A stretch of DNA of 33,111 nt from Squatina squatina (lineage: Eukaryota), in the NCBI GenBank assembly GCA_031763465.1, contig JARFOE010000162.1, positions 6,701,194 through 6,734,304 of the forward strand. Direction: 5' to 3'. This document shows, piece by piece, positions 12,669 through 25,666 of this stretch; position 1 is the stretch's first letter, and each line of letters begins with the position of its first letter. The notes below the pieces were generated by a model, which saw only the letters and a program-made list of their open reading frames with translations, ran no database searches and was not told the origin of the DNA. The position numbers were made by a program, and so were the translations under genes.

Positions 12669-14932
12669 AATAATGCAGCAAACAGAAGTTAATACAACCC
12701 TAGTGCAATTATGTCAGTACATGAATTAATACATGTGGAACTAGGCAATAAGGGGTTCAGACCCATTATTTGAGAAGTTCTTTAATTGTCCAGAGCCTCT
12801 GAATTCAAGTATTGCACGGTAATTCCGCGCTAATGAAATGTAAAGCAAAAATGCAAGTTAAATAATGCTTTACTTGTAATCATAAAGGATTCCATTCTAA
12901 GATACCCAGTGACCCACAGCTTAACAAATACATGCAGTTTAGGCGAGAATTTATGCCCCACTGTTCTGTAATTCTAATAAATTGCTTACATTGTTAAAAT
13001 TTTGCATTTAAAAGTTCATTTTATGTTTTGTTGATTTATGGTGATCAGACAACCTTTTCTCCTGTGACCAATAAAAAGCACATAAAGACTTGCACAGGTC
13101 CTTATATGGAGTCTGAAACAGTATGGTGGTGTGTTGAACTGCACACAGTACCACAAGCACTTCCTTCAAGTGTTTGCCAGCTGTACTCAGGAGACAGCCA
13201 ATTTAGTCGGTGGTTTGTGTGAAAAAATTATTTCCTGGACAGTTATCACAAACGTATAATTATAGCTCTGGTGAAAAACTGAAGCAGAGAAAAGAGAGAG
13301 AGAGAAAGATAAATGAGAGAAAAAGAAATAAACTAATTCAATATTTTCTTTTAAAATCGCCCATAATAGCATTAAAAGCATACAATGTCAGTGTTACGGA
13401 GCTACACTCTTTTTTAATTACCCTGAATCTACAATGTCCGTAATTGTTCTCTTTAAAGAACAGTTTTGTTTTGTGTGAAAAAAAAGGTTTTTTTTAGTTG
13501 TAGGAATGTTTGAACAATAATGGTGACATTGTTACTAGCTGTTCTAACCGTTTCATATAACCCAGTTAGGAAAGGGTGACCATAGATGCCTTTTGGCCAC
13601 ATGTGTTTACATAAGGAAATGCATGTGGGTTTGGGATGGCGCCTCTTGTCAGCGGCCGCTCTCTGTACTGATGACCCTTACAGAGCTGCTTTTTGCTTCT
13701 GAAAAGCTGACTCATGGGCAATGTTTCCTTTAAGCTGTGCAGTCAGGTGGCCATGGTCTGGAGCTCCTATGCAGGCTTTTCAACTGGACTAATCGCGCGT
13801 GCATGACAATTAGACAGGTCGTGNNNNNNNNNNNNNNNNNNNNNNNNNNNNNNNNNNNNNNNNNNNNNNNNNNNNNNNNNNNNNNNNNNNNNNNNNNNNN
13901 NNNNNNNNNNNNNNNNNNNNNNNTCCGTTGACAGTGCAGCCAATCCAATGTATCCAAGATGGCAGTGCGAGAGTACGTCTGACCACACAGCTCCTTACCT
14001 TCATATCAGTTTGAAACTGTTCATAATCAAATGTCTTTAATGTTTATGTATTCTCCAGTTTGAATCATTTCCTCCCTTTAAGTGACCTGAACTCTAGCCT
14101 CTGTCAGTACTGCTTTGTGACTGTCCACTTGATATCATGATTGACCTGCCCTCTGACTTTCTCTCCCTCTGGTTGGGAAGCATCTAGCTTCCATTTGGAG
14201 TTGCTCCCTAGTGGTGTAGCTTAGGTGAGAAACTCACCATGTGCGGAACTGCAAATGAAACTCCCTATGTTACCGTTCTGTAGCATCACATGTTAGTGTC
14301 CCAGCATGCCACAAAATCAAAAATGTTCCCATTGTAAAATTGACAGTTGCAAACTTACTCCCACCAGTCATCTTTCAGTTTACTAAACCGCCATTATTTG
14401 TGTGAGAACTGAGGTTTTTCGCAGCGGTGATAAACTTCATGCAGCCACCCCCTCCTCAGCATGACACAGCACCATTAATAAACAACGTTAAAACAGAAAT
14501 ATTATCCCTAGGAAATTCTACATTCACCGAGGGAAGCCTGAGCAGGATCATCAGCCAAGACTGGGACGTGAGCTTGGGTCTCCAGCTGGGGATCTAATGT
14601 TCCAGCTGGATTCCAAACTTATTAAATGTTATTGGCAGGAGCAATACTCGAGCACTGCATGCTATAAATATTTTCTATGATCAATTATTTTGTAAACAGC
14701 CTTTTTAAAAAGTCACATTTTTCTCAAGCATGTTACTTGCGCATTTAGTTTTTTAAAAAAAGTCATGGAAATTCTGTACATTTTAAAGCCACCTTTCAAC
14801 ACAGCCCCTGGAACTAGGAGGGCCTTAGGGTACAGTAAGTGAAATCACATGTAAAACAATCTGTGTTCTCAAGGCTATCTGAACTCCAAAAAAAAAGTGG
14901 GATCATGAACAACATCCCTGTGCTTATTTCTC

Positions 14933-15916
14933 ACATTTCCCGGAGTTTCCCCTCACATTTCCTGATGCTTTTCTCTCACATTTCCGGTATGTTTCCCTCA
15001 AATTTCCCGGACTTTCCCCTCACATTTCCCGGTGTTTCTCCCTCACATCCCCCACTCCTTACTCACATCTCCCGGTATTTTCCCCAGACATTTCCCAGTA
15101 TTTATCCCCTCCCAGTTCCTGGTGTTTTCCTTCTCATTTCCCACTTTCCCTTCACATTTCCTCCACTTTCTCACCACTTTGTCCTCCACTTTGTCCTCCA
15201 CTTTCTCCTCCACTTTCTCCTCCACTTTCTCCTTCACTTTCTCTCCACTTTCGCTCCTCTTTCCCTCCACCTTCTCTCCTCTTTCCCTCCACTTTCCTCC
15301 ACTTTCTCCTCCACTATCTCTACTCCTTCCCTCCACTTTCTCTCCAATTTCCCTCCACTTTCCCTCCACTTTCTCTCCGCCTTCTCTCCATTTTCCCTCC
15401 ATTTTCTTCTCCAATTTCTCCTCCACTATCGCCTCCACTTTCTCTCCACTTTCTCCTCCACTATCCATTCCACATTCTCTACACATTCCCTCCACTTTCC
15501 TTCTACTTTCTCTCTGCTTTTTCCTCCACTTTCCCTCCAATTTCCATCCACTTTCCTGCTACATTCTCTCTGCTTTCTCCTCCAATTTGCCTCCGCCTTC
15601 TCTCCATTTTCCCTCCATTATCTTCTCCACATTCTCCTCCACTTTCTCCTCCACTTTCTCCTCCACTTTCTCCTCCACTTTCTCCTCCACTTTCCCTCCA
15701 CTTTCGCTCCACTTTCCCTCCACTTACTCACCATTTTCTCCTCCAATTTTGCCTCCACTTTCTCCTCCACTTTATCTACCCTTTTCCTCCACTTTCTCTC
15801 CACTATCTCTCCACTTTCTCCTGCACATTCTCTCCACTTTCTCCTCCACTTACCATTCCATATTCTCGACACTTTCCCTCCACTTTCCTTCTACTTTCTC
15901 TCTGCTTTCTCCTCCA
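14933..15916. repeat. CT-rich degenerate tandem array, core (TTTCTCCTCCAC)n
   Basis: 12-mer core repeated many times, with almost no G on the + strand. The left part grades into TTTCCC(C)TCACAT-type units. Confidence 0.92.
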
Positions 15917-17816
15917 NNNNNNNNNNNNNNNNNNNNNNNNNNNNNNNNNNNNNNNNNNNNNNNNNNNNNNNNNNNNNNNNNNNNNNNNNNNNNNNNNNNN
16001 NNNNNNNNNNNNNNNNTGTGCTTATTTCTCCAGTCAGCAGAAAGGAAAGAAAAAATAGAAATAAAAGACATGGACAAGAAATTAGCCCAGGTCAGGCTCT
16101 CACGCTACCTATTTCAGTTTGCAGCTAAGCAAAATATTTTCCATCACACAACTTTGACGGTCACCCTTTGTGGGAACCATATTATTTTTATACAGTTTCT
16201 GGGTGTTTGATGAGTAGTCACGTTCTTTAACTGCAGGGTTCCAAAATATTTCCATGTTATCCAGAGTCCGATGTAAAATCCCACCAGGTCATTGAGTTTA
16301 CGTACACCTCTGGGATGGCTTTATACTGTTGGCCACAGAGCTCGTAGCCTTGCACTCACAGTTTCCCAGCTGTATTAAACTACTTTGTTTGTTTGTCCAT
16401 AAAAATACTGCCATGGTTGCAAATTAAAATAGTGCACTTTGTGCGGTTTTGATATGTTTATTATGTTATTCTAGTGGAATATTGGGATTTGTAAGAAAGA
16501 CAAAGTGGGCGAAAAATTAATGTGATTTCCCCATCAGCAAGTTCCTGCTTTCAGAGAAGCCTTCTGATAGAAGCTCTGAGTGGAGGTCAGGTGTATTCCT
16601 AAAGGAAGAGAAGTTAAATCACCTTAGTTGCTCTTACATATCTCATAGCAACTGGATGAACAACAACACTGGGAAAAGCCAAGAGCAGTCCCAATCCCTC
16701 TCGGCCATTAAATGTCACATGCTACAGGATGATCTAAAACAGAAAACATGCATTAAAAGTGGTGCAAAGTAAGTAACAGGATTGAAATAATCAAAAATAA
16801 ATACCTCCCTTTTTTTTAAGACTGAAGCAATTACTGAATTGCTTTGGCCAAGGTGTTTTCAAAATTAATCATGATTGAAATAACTTTGGAAGTATAGTTT
16901 GTAAACATGAAATGTTAAGTGTTTGCAGGAAGACACATGGGAGCCATTAATGTGATAGGCCGTGCCCATTAAGCCGATGTGTATCAGCTTCCCGTATCGG
17001 CACTCAGCACCTGACATTTACTGTGTGCCTGACACACCTAGCACTTAATAATGCATCCCTGATGCCTAGTGCATACTTGAAGCTTGTATACAAACTGTAT
17101 GTAAGGCTCAATATAATCTCACATTATATGATATTCTCCCCTTGATACGAAGGTGGGAGTGTCACACAATAGGCTAAGCATCTATATAAAATGGTTGCTA
17201 CTAAAGAGGCCTGTTCTTTCAATTTGCATTTCATTGTTAAAAGCACATTGCAGATTTTGCTGTAACTCTTAGCAACAGTTTGGTTCTGTGTGATTTGGGT
17301 CTTGTTGGACAAGGTAATTGTTGACACTACATGGAGCTTTTCTGACAGCTACTTAAAGCTGCACTGCATCTTTTGTCCATGACTGTATATCTGAAGTGTT
17401 TAGTGAAATCCTTTGCATGACAGATAGGTGCAGATACTCCATTCAAACACATCCTTGTACTGCAACTTGGGTGAATAGGCGCAAGTTCACATGGTTTACC
17501 TGCCTGTGCAGACTGAGATTACTGAAGGACACCATAACATAGTTTGGCACACTCCTGCAGCCAGGCTTGGAAACCAGCTCTGGTATGGACAGTTCTGTCA
17601 GTGGCTATCAAGGTTATTACACTTTTATGCAGAAGTATTCTTTCAGGCAACTGTGGGAGATTTCTGTCACATCTTCCCACCTATATTTCACATATGTCCA
17701 AACCAATTACTCAGACNNNNNNNNNNNNNNNNNNNNNNNNNNNNNNNNNNNNNNNNNNNNNNNNNNNNNNNNNNNNNNNNNNNNNNNNNNNNNNNNNNNN
17801 NNNNNNNNNNNNNNNN

Positions 17817-18380
17817 CTGGAACGTTGATGGCATGGCCTCAGCACCACGCCAGTGACGTCAGTTACGCCGTGTCAGTGCGCTACGTGCTGACGTCAGGAG
17901 CATTGCCAGGCCTCCCGCCATTGGGCCACCAGGGACGCCGGCTACCAGGCCACCAGCCTGACACGCCAGTCGGTGTGCCAGGTGAGGGAATGGTGGCCCG
18001 ATCTGGCCGTGGGATGCCATGAGTTGGTCGAAAACAGACTTGGTCGACAAATTAAGATGGTGGACGCAGGTGCACGGTCCCATCTCTTTCAGAAGGTCGA
18101 TGCAGCGGCAGGTTTCCCTGTTGCTGCAACCATCCAGCGCTGCGGCCGTATCTCGGGGGTGAATTCTGCCCCCGGAACGCAAACAGAAACACAAACTTTA
18201 TAACATCATGCGTCGACCCGCCGTGGAATTCAGCTGGCCAGGCATAAAGGCCTTTGCGCCCCAGCTGAATTCCCTGGGAGGTGAGATGGCCACCTCCCAG
18301 CGCCATTTTGTCCTGTTTCACCCCGTTAGCGCCCCTCAGAGGTGCTAACAGGGCACAACAGGAGATGAATTTCTAGCCCC
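17817..18380 (-). mobile_element. GC-rich Harbinger-like element fragment
   Basis: CpG-rich block ending in TIR-like gaatttctagcccc (revcomp ggggctagaaattc), similar to ggggtagaaatt at 19243. Confidence 0.55.
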
Positions 18381-19242
18381 TGTTTAGTATACAAAGATTT
18401 TCTCAATTGGTGAGAAAATACTACTGTATTTACATAATCATTGAATGAATATTTTAGTCCTATATTTCTGATTTATAGTCCTTTACAATAGTATTGATTT
18501 ATATTAGGCAAGATTCTAATTTTAGTATAATTATTTTCAATATGCTCTCCCTTATATTCATTTTTCAACATGGTCAGAAATCCACTTTTGCTTAGCTATC
18601 ATTCTCATTAATGCTAAGGGCACAAAAACAGGTTCAGATTTTCCAAAGTTTATGGTAAAAGTCAATTCTCGACAAAGACTTCTGCTGCTTGCAAATCCCT
18701 AGTAAGCAGGTTCATGCCAATCTGTTTTGAATTTTAAACACTGTCCCCTAAAGATCAGCTTCTCACATTCCAAATAGATGCTCATTTCACAATTAGAAAT
18801 TTAAAAAAACCTGTCACATTCTCTTCTCTCCAGTTCTCCGATTCCTGATACCAGAAAAGAAACGCTTACAGAGGTATCACAGTCTTATGACCTTTTGGAA
18901 AGCCTTATCTTGGAGGAGGTCATGCAGATACATCACGCTCTAAGCACTGACCTCTGATTGCCATCTCATCACAGGACTTCATTCATCAGCTACGCGTTAC
19001 CAACATCTTGCTTCTACTTGTCACACGTCCTGACAAATGAGGCAGGATATCTCCACTAGCGTGGCCGTCTCAAGTTAGAATAAAGACTTTACTTCCCGAT
19101 ACTGAAAACGGAGGTGGCTACAAGTGTGACAGCTCTGCTTCAAGTAGTAGATCCAAAATATGCAACAGGTATCAAAGTGTCATGAACTGGCTATGAGATC
19201 CACAGATACATCGGTGAAGGTTCTTTGTGGGTTTAGGGCCAG

Positions 19243-19920
19243 TGGGGTAGAAATTAGTATGCGTGTGCCTGTTTTTCAGGTATAAAATGGTCTCAAAGCA
19301 TACCAATCTAGCAGCGGGGCAGCCTGCACCCAATCTGCACAGGCGTTGGTTCCACTTCTAAATTCATGGAGACTGGTTCTTTCAGGCACCCAGAGTCGAC
19401 ATCTAAAACAGACGTTTAGGCACCTTAAATATGTTAATGAGGGGCCAACGCCTCTTGGCAGGATCCCTTTATAAAATTAGTTATCAGTGACTATGGGCAG
19501 GCGTCGGGCCGACCCAGCTCAGGATTCTTCAGTGGCCCCCAAATACAGTTTAGTGATGGGTTGTTTTTTATTTAATTAGATTTTCTGTGGAGCCAGGAGG
19601 AGCAGGAGTGTTCCCCTGACTGCCCGATCCAATCCCCCTTCAGAACCTATCCAAGAGAAGCTGCTTCATTTAACTGGCGGGGCAAGCTGGCTCTGGAGGT
19701 GCAACGGGTACCAACTGCTCATGCCAAAGATATAAATGAGGCCCGAGGAACAATTCTGAGATGGCTTTGGGCCTTTCTGTGCCCAGACTACCCCAGTGTG
19801 TTTTGCCTTCACCACTAGTCATATCTTGATCTGATACGACTCTTGCTAACTGAACGCAAGTTAGAGTTCAACATTTTACACCAGTTTTACTAATGAGTCC
19901 GTCTGCCAATTTTTTCTGCC
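19243..19920. mobile_element. non-autonomous TIR element (Harbinger-like MITE)
   Basis: Starts ggggtagaaattag and ends ccaattttttctgcc (imperfect inverted termini). GC-richer than the flanks. Confidence 0.5.
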
Positions 19921-20559
19921 TCATTACTTCGGTGCCTATTTCAGTCCGGGGAACAGGGAGGAAAGGAAGGGAGATAGAGAGACTTTAAAACGAATGCTGT
20001 TCTTGTGAGGGAGAAAGAGAGAAACTCGCTCAAAAGGAAAGACTGTCACTTGGGGGAGGGGGAGGGAGAGGTGATGGGCATGCTGAGTAAATGCACTCTA
20101 AACTTCCTCATGCAAAGCATAGAAATTTGCAAACTGCAAATACATTTTTGTGATACATGTTGGGATATTGCCAGTGAGTCTGTCAAACAAGGGGTTAAAG
20201 GTCATGTACTTTGAGCGCTAAGAGTTTTTCAAAAAGTATGCAACTGCATCAATCTTAAAGACAATTAATACTTCAAATATCGTGACACATGGAGATGGGT
20301 AAACACTGTCTGAGAACCAAGGGCATTGTCTTGCATTGGGCATCAGTGAGCAGCTGTCGGTGGATGAAAAGCACTATTGTGGTGAAAAAACAGGCAATGA
20401 CAGTGGGGACTTCCATCAGACACTGATGCCACTTGGAGAGGTTTTTATTCCTACAAAGCGATGTAACCATTGAAGTGAGATTTGGGCAGATAAAATTAGC
20501 TGCAAGAGCGTCGAAATGCAGTAGGTTTGTAAAGTGAGATGATCAAATGAGGTTGGAAA

Positions 20560-20890
20560 TTTGAGGATACGGTGTGCTTTTATATGTGGCCTCGCCCCTC
20601 CCTATATCTGTAACTTCTTTCAGCAGCCTACTCTGTGCCCCTTCAATTCTGGTATCTTGCGCATCCCCTATTTAAATCGGTTCATCATTGGCAGCTCAGG
20701 AATTCCCTCCCTAAACCTCTCCGCCCCGCTACTTCTCTCTCCGCTTTAAAACCTATCTCTTAGACTAAGGTTTTGGTCAACTGCCCTGATAGCACCTTCT
20801 TTGACTCGGTGTCAAATTTTGATTGATAATCGCTCTTGAGAAGCGCCTTGGGACGTTTTACTACATTAAAGGCGCTATGTAAATACAAGC
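20560..20890 (+). mobile_element. L2-type LINE 3' end
   Basis: GLAPPY remnant and terminal gaagcgccttgggacgttttactacattaaaggcgctatgtaaatacaag, typical of L2/DeuSINE tails. Confidence 0.72.
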
Positions 20891-22603
20891 TTTAGGTGTG
20901 TGAACAAATGAAGCTAGTGGACAGGACTTAAAGAACCCATGAAACCTGCAGTGACATCAAATGCCATCAAATTTTGCTTGTAGTCGAACAGTAACTTACA
21001 TTTATATGTGAGTTAGGGGGTTGAATAGAATCCAAGGTTATGCTGGATGAGGTGGGCCTGTTGGACTTTTTTTATGTCTGTATAACGTTGTCAACATTGT
21101 TTAAAGAAACTGTAACGGGATCAAACCAAAGTAGCAGGGACAACTCCAGCAAGGAGTCAGGACCNNNNNNNNNNNNNNNNNNNNNNNNNNNNNNNNNNNN
21201 NNNNNNNNNNNNNNNNNNNNNNNNNNNNNNNNNNNNNNNNNNNNNNNNNNNNNNNNNNNNNNNNTTTCTGAATATCAATCAAATAAGGCTTGGACCAACC
21301 AATAAAAATAAATACACTTGAGTGAGCCTGTCTTACTCTCACAACTTATTTTCTTTCCATGCTAAATGTTTTTCCAATTTAACTTTTTGCTTCTCACAGT
21401 GAGCTCGTAATGGTTTTAAATGTAGGCACATCGTATAATGTTACTGAAGCAATATTCAGTGAAAGCTGTAATTTTACCCCCTTAGAATTATGTATATTGG
21501 CTTCCACTACAAAATACTCTAAGGTCTTTACCTGGTAATAATTCTTTCTATGAAGTAATGTAGTAGAATCTACATCAACTTAATTTCCACATAATTATAA
21601 CTAAACAGGAAGTGTAAACTCTATGTAAAAATGTCAGAAGTCTATTGAAATGATTGAATCAATCTGGTATCCCCTTAAAGACTAATATAAACACTACAGT
21701 CTCTCATAGCAACAGACAAAAATAATCTTCTCACACAAAATGTGAGCAAAATTTGGAAAGAAATGGAGAGGAGGGAGCCATAAAAGTAGCTTTTGTTGAA
21801 GAGCATTATGAGGTACAGGCAGCTTTGGCACATGTGTCTGCTGGGCTAAATTATCTGCTAACACAAATAATCACATTGCAGGGACCACACTGCTCTGGCG
21901 CCAGAGAAATGAGGGGGAGGACCAGTCATACACTGCAATAGCAGGTGGCAACCCAACACTGGCCCACGCAGGATATGGAAGTGTGCTACAGAAAACATCA
22001 ATGATCCCCTGTTTTAAAAAGAAAAATAACACAGTTTCCAATGACTGTAGTACATTTTTAAGGGATTGCTGAAGGTTAGAATTGAAAACTTAATGCTGAC
22101 AATGCTGTACACACAGTCATTTTTAAATTTATCTTTAAATAAACCTTGCTTGGTGTTGATCAAACAACCTGAAAAAGCATCCAAGGAACATCTGGCAAAC
22201 AACCTGAAACAACATAATAAATTTCACTTAATCTGGTGCCCAGGAGTTTTTCACTTCTCTTCTCAAACAGCCATCATTGTTAGTTAAGTTCTTCATTAGG
22301 CCTTTTTAAGGGCTATAAAACCTGAAGAGGATTACATGGATTACTGTGCCTGCCTATCTGTCAAACCAATAGCTTAGCGACTATCTGTACCTATTGCCAT
22401 AAAACTGTCATTACTCTGCTGGATAAAGTAAGTAAAATGCAAAATTACCATTGCAATAACTTGCTCATCATTTACTTAGGATACACCAATTTAAAACAAT
22501 AGCNNNNNNNNNNNNNNNNNNNNNNNNNNNNNNNNNNNNNNNNNNNNNNNNNNNNNNNNNNNNNNNNNNNNNNNNNNNNNNNNNNNNNNNNNNNNNNNNN
22601 NNN

Positions 22604-23604
22604 CAAGATACTAGTATTCAGTCCACTAAAGTAAAAGCACATGAAAAAGCTCATGACAATTTATAAAGAGAATGTTTTTTCTGACCTGCATTTTATATGC
22701 CCCTGTACTTTAGATTCAGTCGAAGCTATTGTATTTACAATTTAGCTTAAATATAATCCATGTATCACCCATAAATACACAATTTTAATATTTCATAACA
22801 GGCTGACACAATAAAAGGCTATTAATAGAATACCATTAAGTTATGTTAAATTCTTTAATTTCCGAGACTGTTATATCCATACATCTAATATCTTAAACAT
22901 TTTTCAACAAAATATGCTTTTAATGGAAACAATGGTTGTTTAAGAGTTGTGGTGATACCCGCTGCTTTAAAATGTGGCTTTGTACAAACATGAATGTCAA
23001 AAAATTCCTGGACACACCAAATAGTTATACACGTAGCTTGCATCCACATTACAGCAAACTAAGGTTAGTGGTCCAAAATACATCAGCTGTGTTCAGCATT
23101 TACTAGAGACAGCACAATGGCAAAGTTGGCTCTGAAAGCAAGATAAATCCCATTGGCAGATGGAGACCAGAAAACAATACTGCACTGATAGTTCCAACCT
23201 TTGTGTTTGGACTCTAATAAACAGCCCTGAGCTTTAATACTATTGCGAAGGTACAATAATTTAAAGGCCAAACCTGCAGCAAGTGTCTGTGTGATGTGCA
23301 TATTCACAGCTTTAGCTAAATGTGCCACACTGGTCTCAACAGTACTAATTTCAATAGATAATTCCTGACAACAAAGATTCTACTGTGTAGACAGTGGTTA
23401 CGCGCAAGATTATTTGTGTTATCATACAACTTCTGTCCAACAAAAACAATTAGTATTGGCTTACATTTACAGTATTAAGATTAATTGCTTTTTAATGGGA
23501 ATTATTCTTTTTCCAGTACTTTGAGATCTACAAGATGCGCCTAGAAAAAAATTACTACAGTGGAGAATGAAGTAAGCTTGAATTCAAGGAGGTGCTGTTC
23601 TAGA
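22604..23604 (-). other. probable 3' UTR of the UBE2V gene (extent uncertain)
   Basis: AT-rich sequence with no recognised repeats downstream of the TAA. ATTAAA variants on the - strand (22854-22859, 22784-22789) and a Pumilio-type TGTAAATA (22732-22739). Confidence 0.45.
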
Positions 23605-23751
23605 TTAATTGCTGTAATTCTGTCCTTCTGGGGGCTGAGCGAGTTTCCCGTTTTCTTTACACATCATTTGACGCCGAAGCTCTGTCAGAACAGCTTTGAT
23701 ACTATATGAATTCTGCCATTTAGATAGAACTGATATGCTTTTTGGATCCAC
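23605..23751 (-). CDS. UBE2V1-like: UBE2V-family gene, last coding exon (147 nt incl. TAA)
   Basis: Acceptor ttgcatcttctccAG. Encodes [48 protein letters not shown]. The YSN* ending and the [12 protein letters not shown] motifs are UBE2V1-type rather than UBE2V2-type. Confidence 0.96.
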   Translation of the reverse strand: MDPKSISVLSKWQNSYSIKAVLTELRRQMMCKENGKLAQPPEGQNYSN

Positions 23752-24724
23752 CTGGAGAAGATGCAAATACAAATTACACAAATATCTGAAGTATTTTTGT
23801 TGACTTTTGATTGGTTCCTTTCCTATAACCACAAAAGCACCTTAAAATTTATACATTTGATTTAAATACAAATAAAGTCATAGAAGAGAATCAGGTCACT
23901 AGTTTGCCACATCAAAACAAGAATATTAGGTTTCCATTTATTTTTAATTTCTACCTATACTGTAAAGCATACACTTGATCCCACATATGACCAAGGATCA
24001 AAGAACCAATATTTGCCACTGGCTTTTAAAGTATGTGACAGGGAATTTTTTTTTACATTTTAAAAAGTGCTACATAAAAATGCATATAAACTTGAAAAAT
24101 GCTCTCCAGATACTCAGGTACAAGTGATAAATAATGTCACACTAATGGTGGAAGTTACATATAAAATAACCCCTAAGCAAAAGACAAAATCTAAGTAAAG
24201 CACTTTGAACACAATGATAAATTAAAACATTCCATATGCAAGCTAGCATAAAGCAAGTTTGCAGCCTGGTAGGGTAGAGCCTCATCCTCCTCCAAATTAG
24301 TGTTCCACTATTATGAATTGCTCCATCTTGTGGCATAGCCTAAAACTGACTCAGTTCAAGCAAGTTAGGTTAGGTGAATTTCAGGAATGGTCAGCTTTAG
24401 AACCTAAATCTACACCCATCCCACTGGTGAAGTCCAAGGAGCAATATGACTGCTTATCTTGTCTACCCATTCAACTGAAAATAGCTTGTAGTGCAACAGC
24501 CTAAATTGAGAATAAGTAAAAGGAGGACCACTATTAAAATGTAAATCAAGATAAAACACAGTTTGCACTGACAACTTGTTAAAAACTAAATACACCTGGC
24601 TCTCACTTTTTAAAGTAAAGTTTCTCACCAAATGTTTCTCACCTTTTCTCAAAGCACTGCCTCCTTTTTGGGGAACAGTTGCACTGGCACCAGGCTGCCT
24701 TCAGCCATTATTCAGGTGTATGTC

Positions 24725-25010
24725 TTGATAGAACAAGGGGGCACAATCATAAAATTAGAGCTAAGCCATTCAAAAGTGAAATAGGAAACACTTTTCCACA
24801 AAGGACAGCGGAAATCTGAAATTCTCTCCTCCAAAAGGCTGTGGATGTGGGATCAATTGAAATTTAAGATGGAGATTGATAGATTTTTGTTCGGTAAGAA
24901 TATCAAGGGATACTGAGCAAAGGTGAGTAAATAAGAATTGAGATACAGATCAGCCAGGATCTAATTGAATGGCAGAACAGGCTCAAGGGGCTGAATGGCC
25001 TACTCTTGTG
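24725..25010 (+). mobile_element. CR1 LINE 3' end fragment (same family as 27295-27630)
   Basis: Shares gatcagcca.gatctaattgaatggcagaacaggctcaaggggctgaatggcctactc with the other copies. Confidence 0.82.
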
Positions 25011-25014
25011 TGTG

Positions 25015-25282
25015 GATCAGCAGGCTATTTGACATGAAACATCATAGCCAAGCTTCACCTTGTCCTCTCTTACTTATACACATACACTTTCAACAGGGGT
25101 TGCTGGATAGCAATCAGAATCTGAAACAAGAGTTAATTTTCCTCTTCCGAACCCATGCTGCTGATCTCAGTTGTACCACTCTACTACATTGGCTCCAGTT
25201 GAGAAAAGCCAATTCAGAATGGATCAGGAGTATAACATGCAAGCTTCCTCATCTGCATAGTTCTCCAAGTGACTGAGCCAGA
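25015..25282 (-). mobile_element. old SINE family copy
   Basis: caggctatttgacatgaaacatcatagcc aligns to 26636-26670. The head gactgagcca resembles cctgagcca at ~1760. Confidence 0.6.
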
Positions 25283-25540
25283 GGGTGAGCATAATAACTT
25301 TTATGATGGCTCGCTTTTGCTTCATACTTAAGACTTTTGAAAAGTTTAACAATAATTTCTCAATCAAAATTAAGCCATGACAGGTGATGAGTCAAATCCT
25401 CTAATTACCCCAAAGAGGTCCAGCAGAGGGCATTCATTCCATTGCTATGATATTGTGACAATGGGACCTTAAAAGACATTAGTCAAAGTAATGTGGTTAT
25501 TGAAAAACAAGCAGCTATCTATAATGGCAAATAAACTTAC

Positions 25541-25666
25541 CGTTCCATTGGAACTATTTACTCCATTCATATTTATTTTTGATACAAATCGAACATGTGG
25601 AGCTATTTCTGGATATCTAGGACCACAGTCTATTTTAAGACTGTATATTCGGTTTTCATAAATTGT
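25541..25666 (-). CDS. UBE2V1-like: UBE2V-family gene, coding exon equivalent to exon 3 (126 nt)
   Basis: Acceptor ttttctttttacAG and donor ACG|GTAAGT. Encodes [42 protein letters not shown], phase 0-0. Not in the ORF track. Confidence 0.96.

Noticed and set aside
13996-14080. Minus-strand EMIQTGE resembling the RBL2 C-terminal MIRTGE, with a nearby GTAAGG donor
   Set aside because: There are in-frame stops on both sides, no further similarity and no good acceptor, so it is likely chance.
14839-16210. Long ORFs (429 aa, 392 aa and antisense 165 aa)
   Set aside because: They are translations of a stop-free low-complexity CT tandem array plus an N-gap, not credible proteins.
17960-18150. Possible HARBI1-like transposase N-terminus on - strand
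   Set aside because: The resemblance (RCIDLLKEM..CVHHLNLS..SV) is too weak to call without an HMM search, and no DDE motifs are visible.
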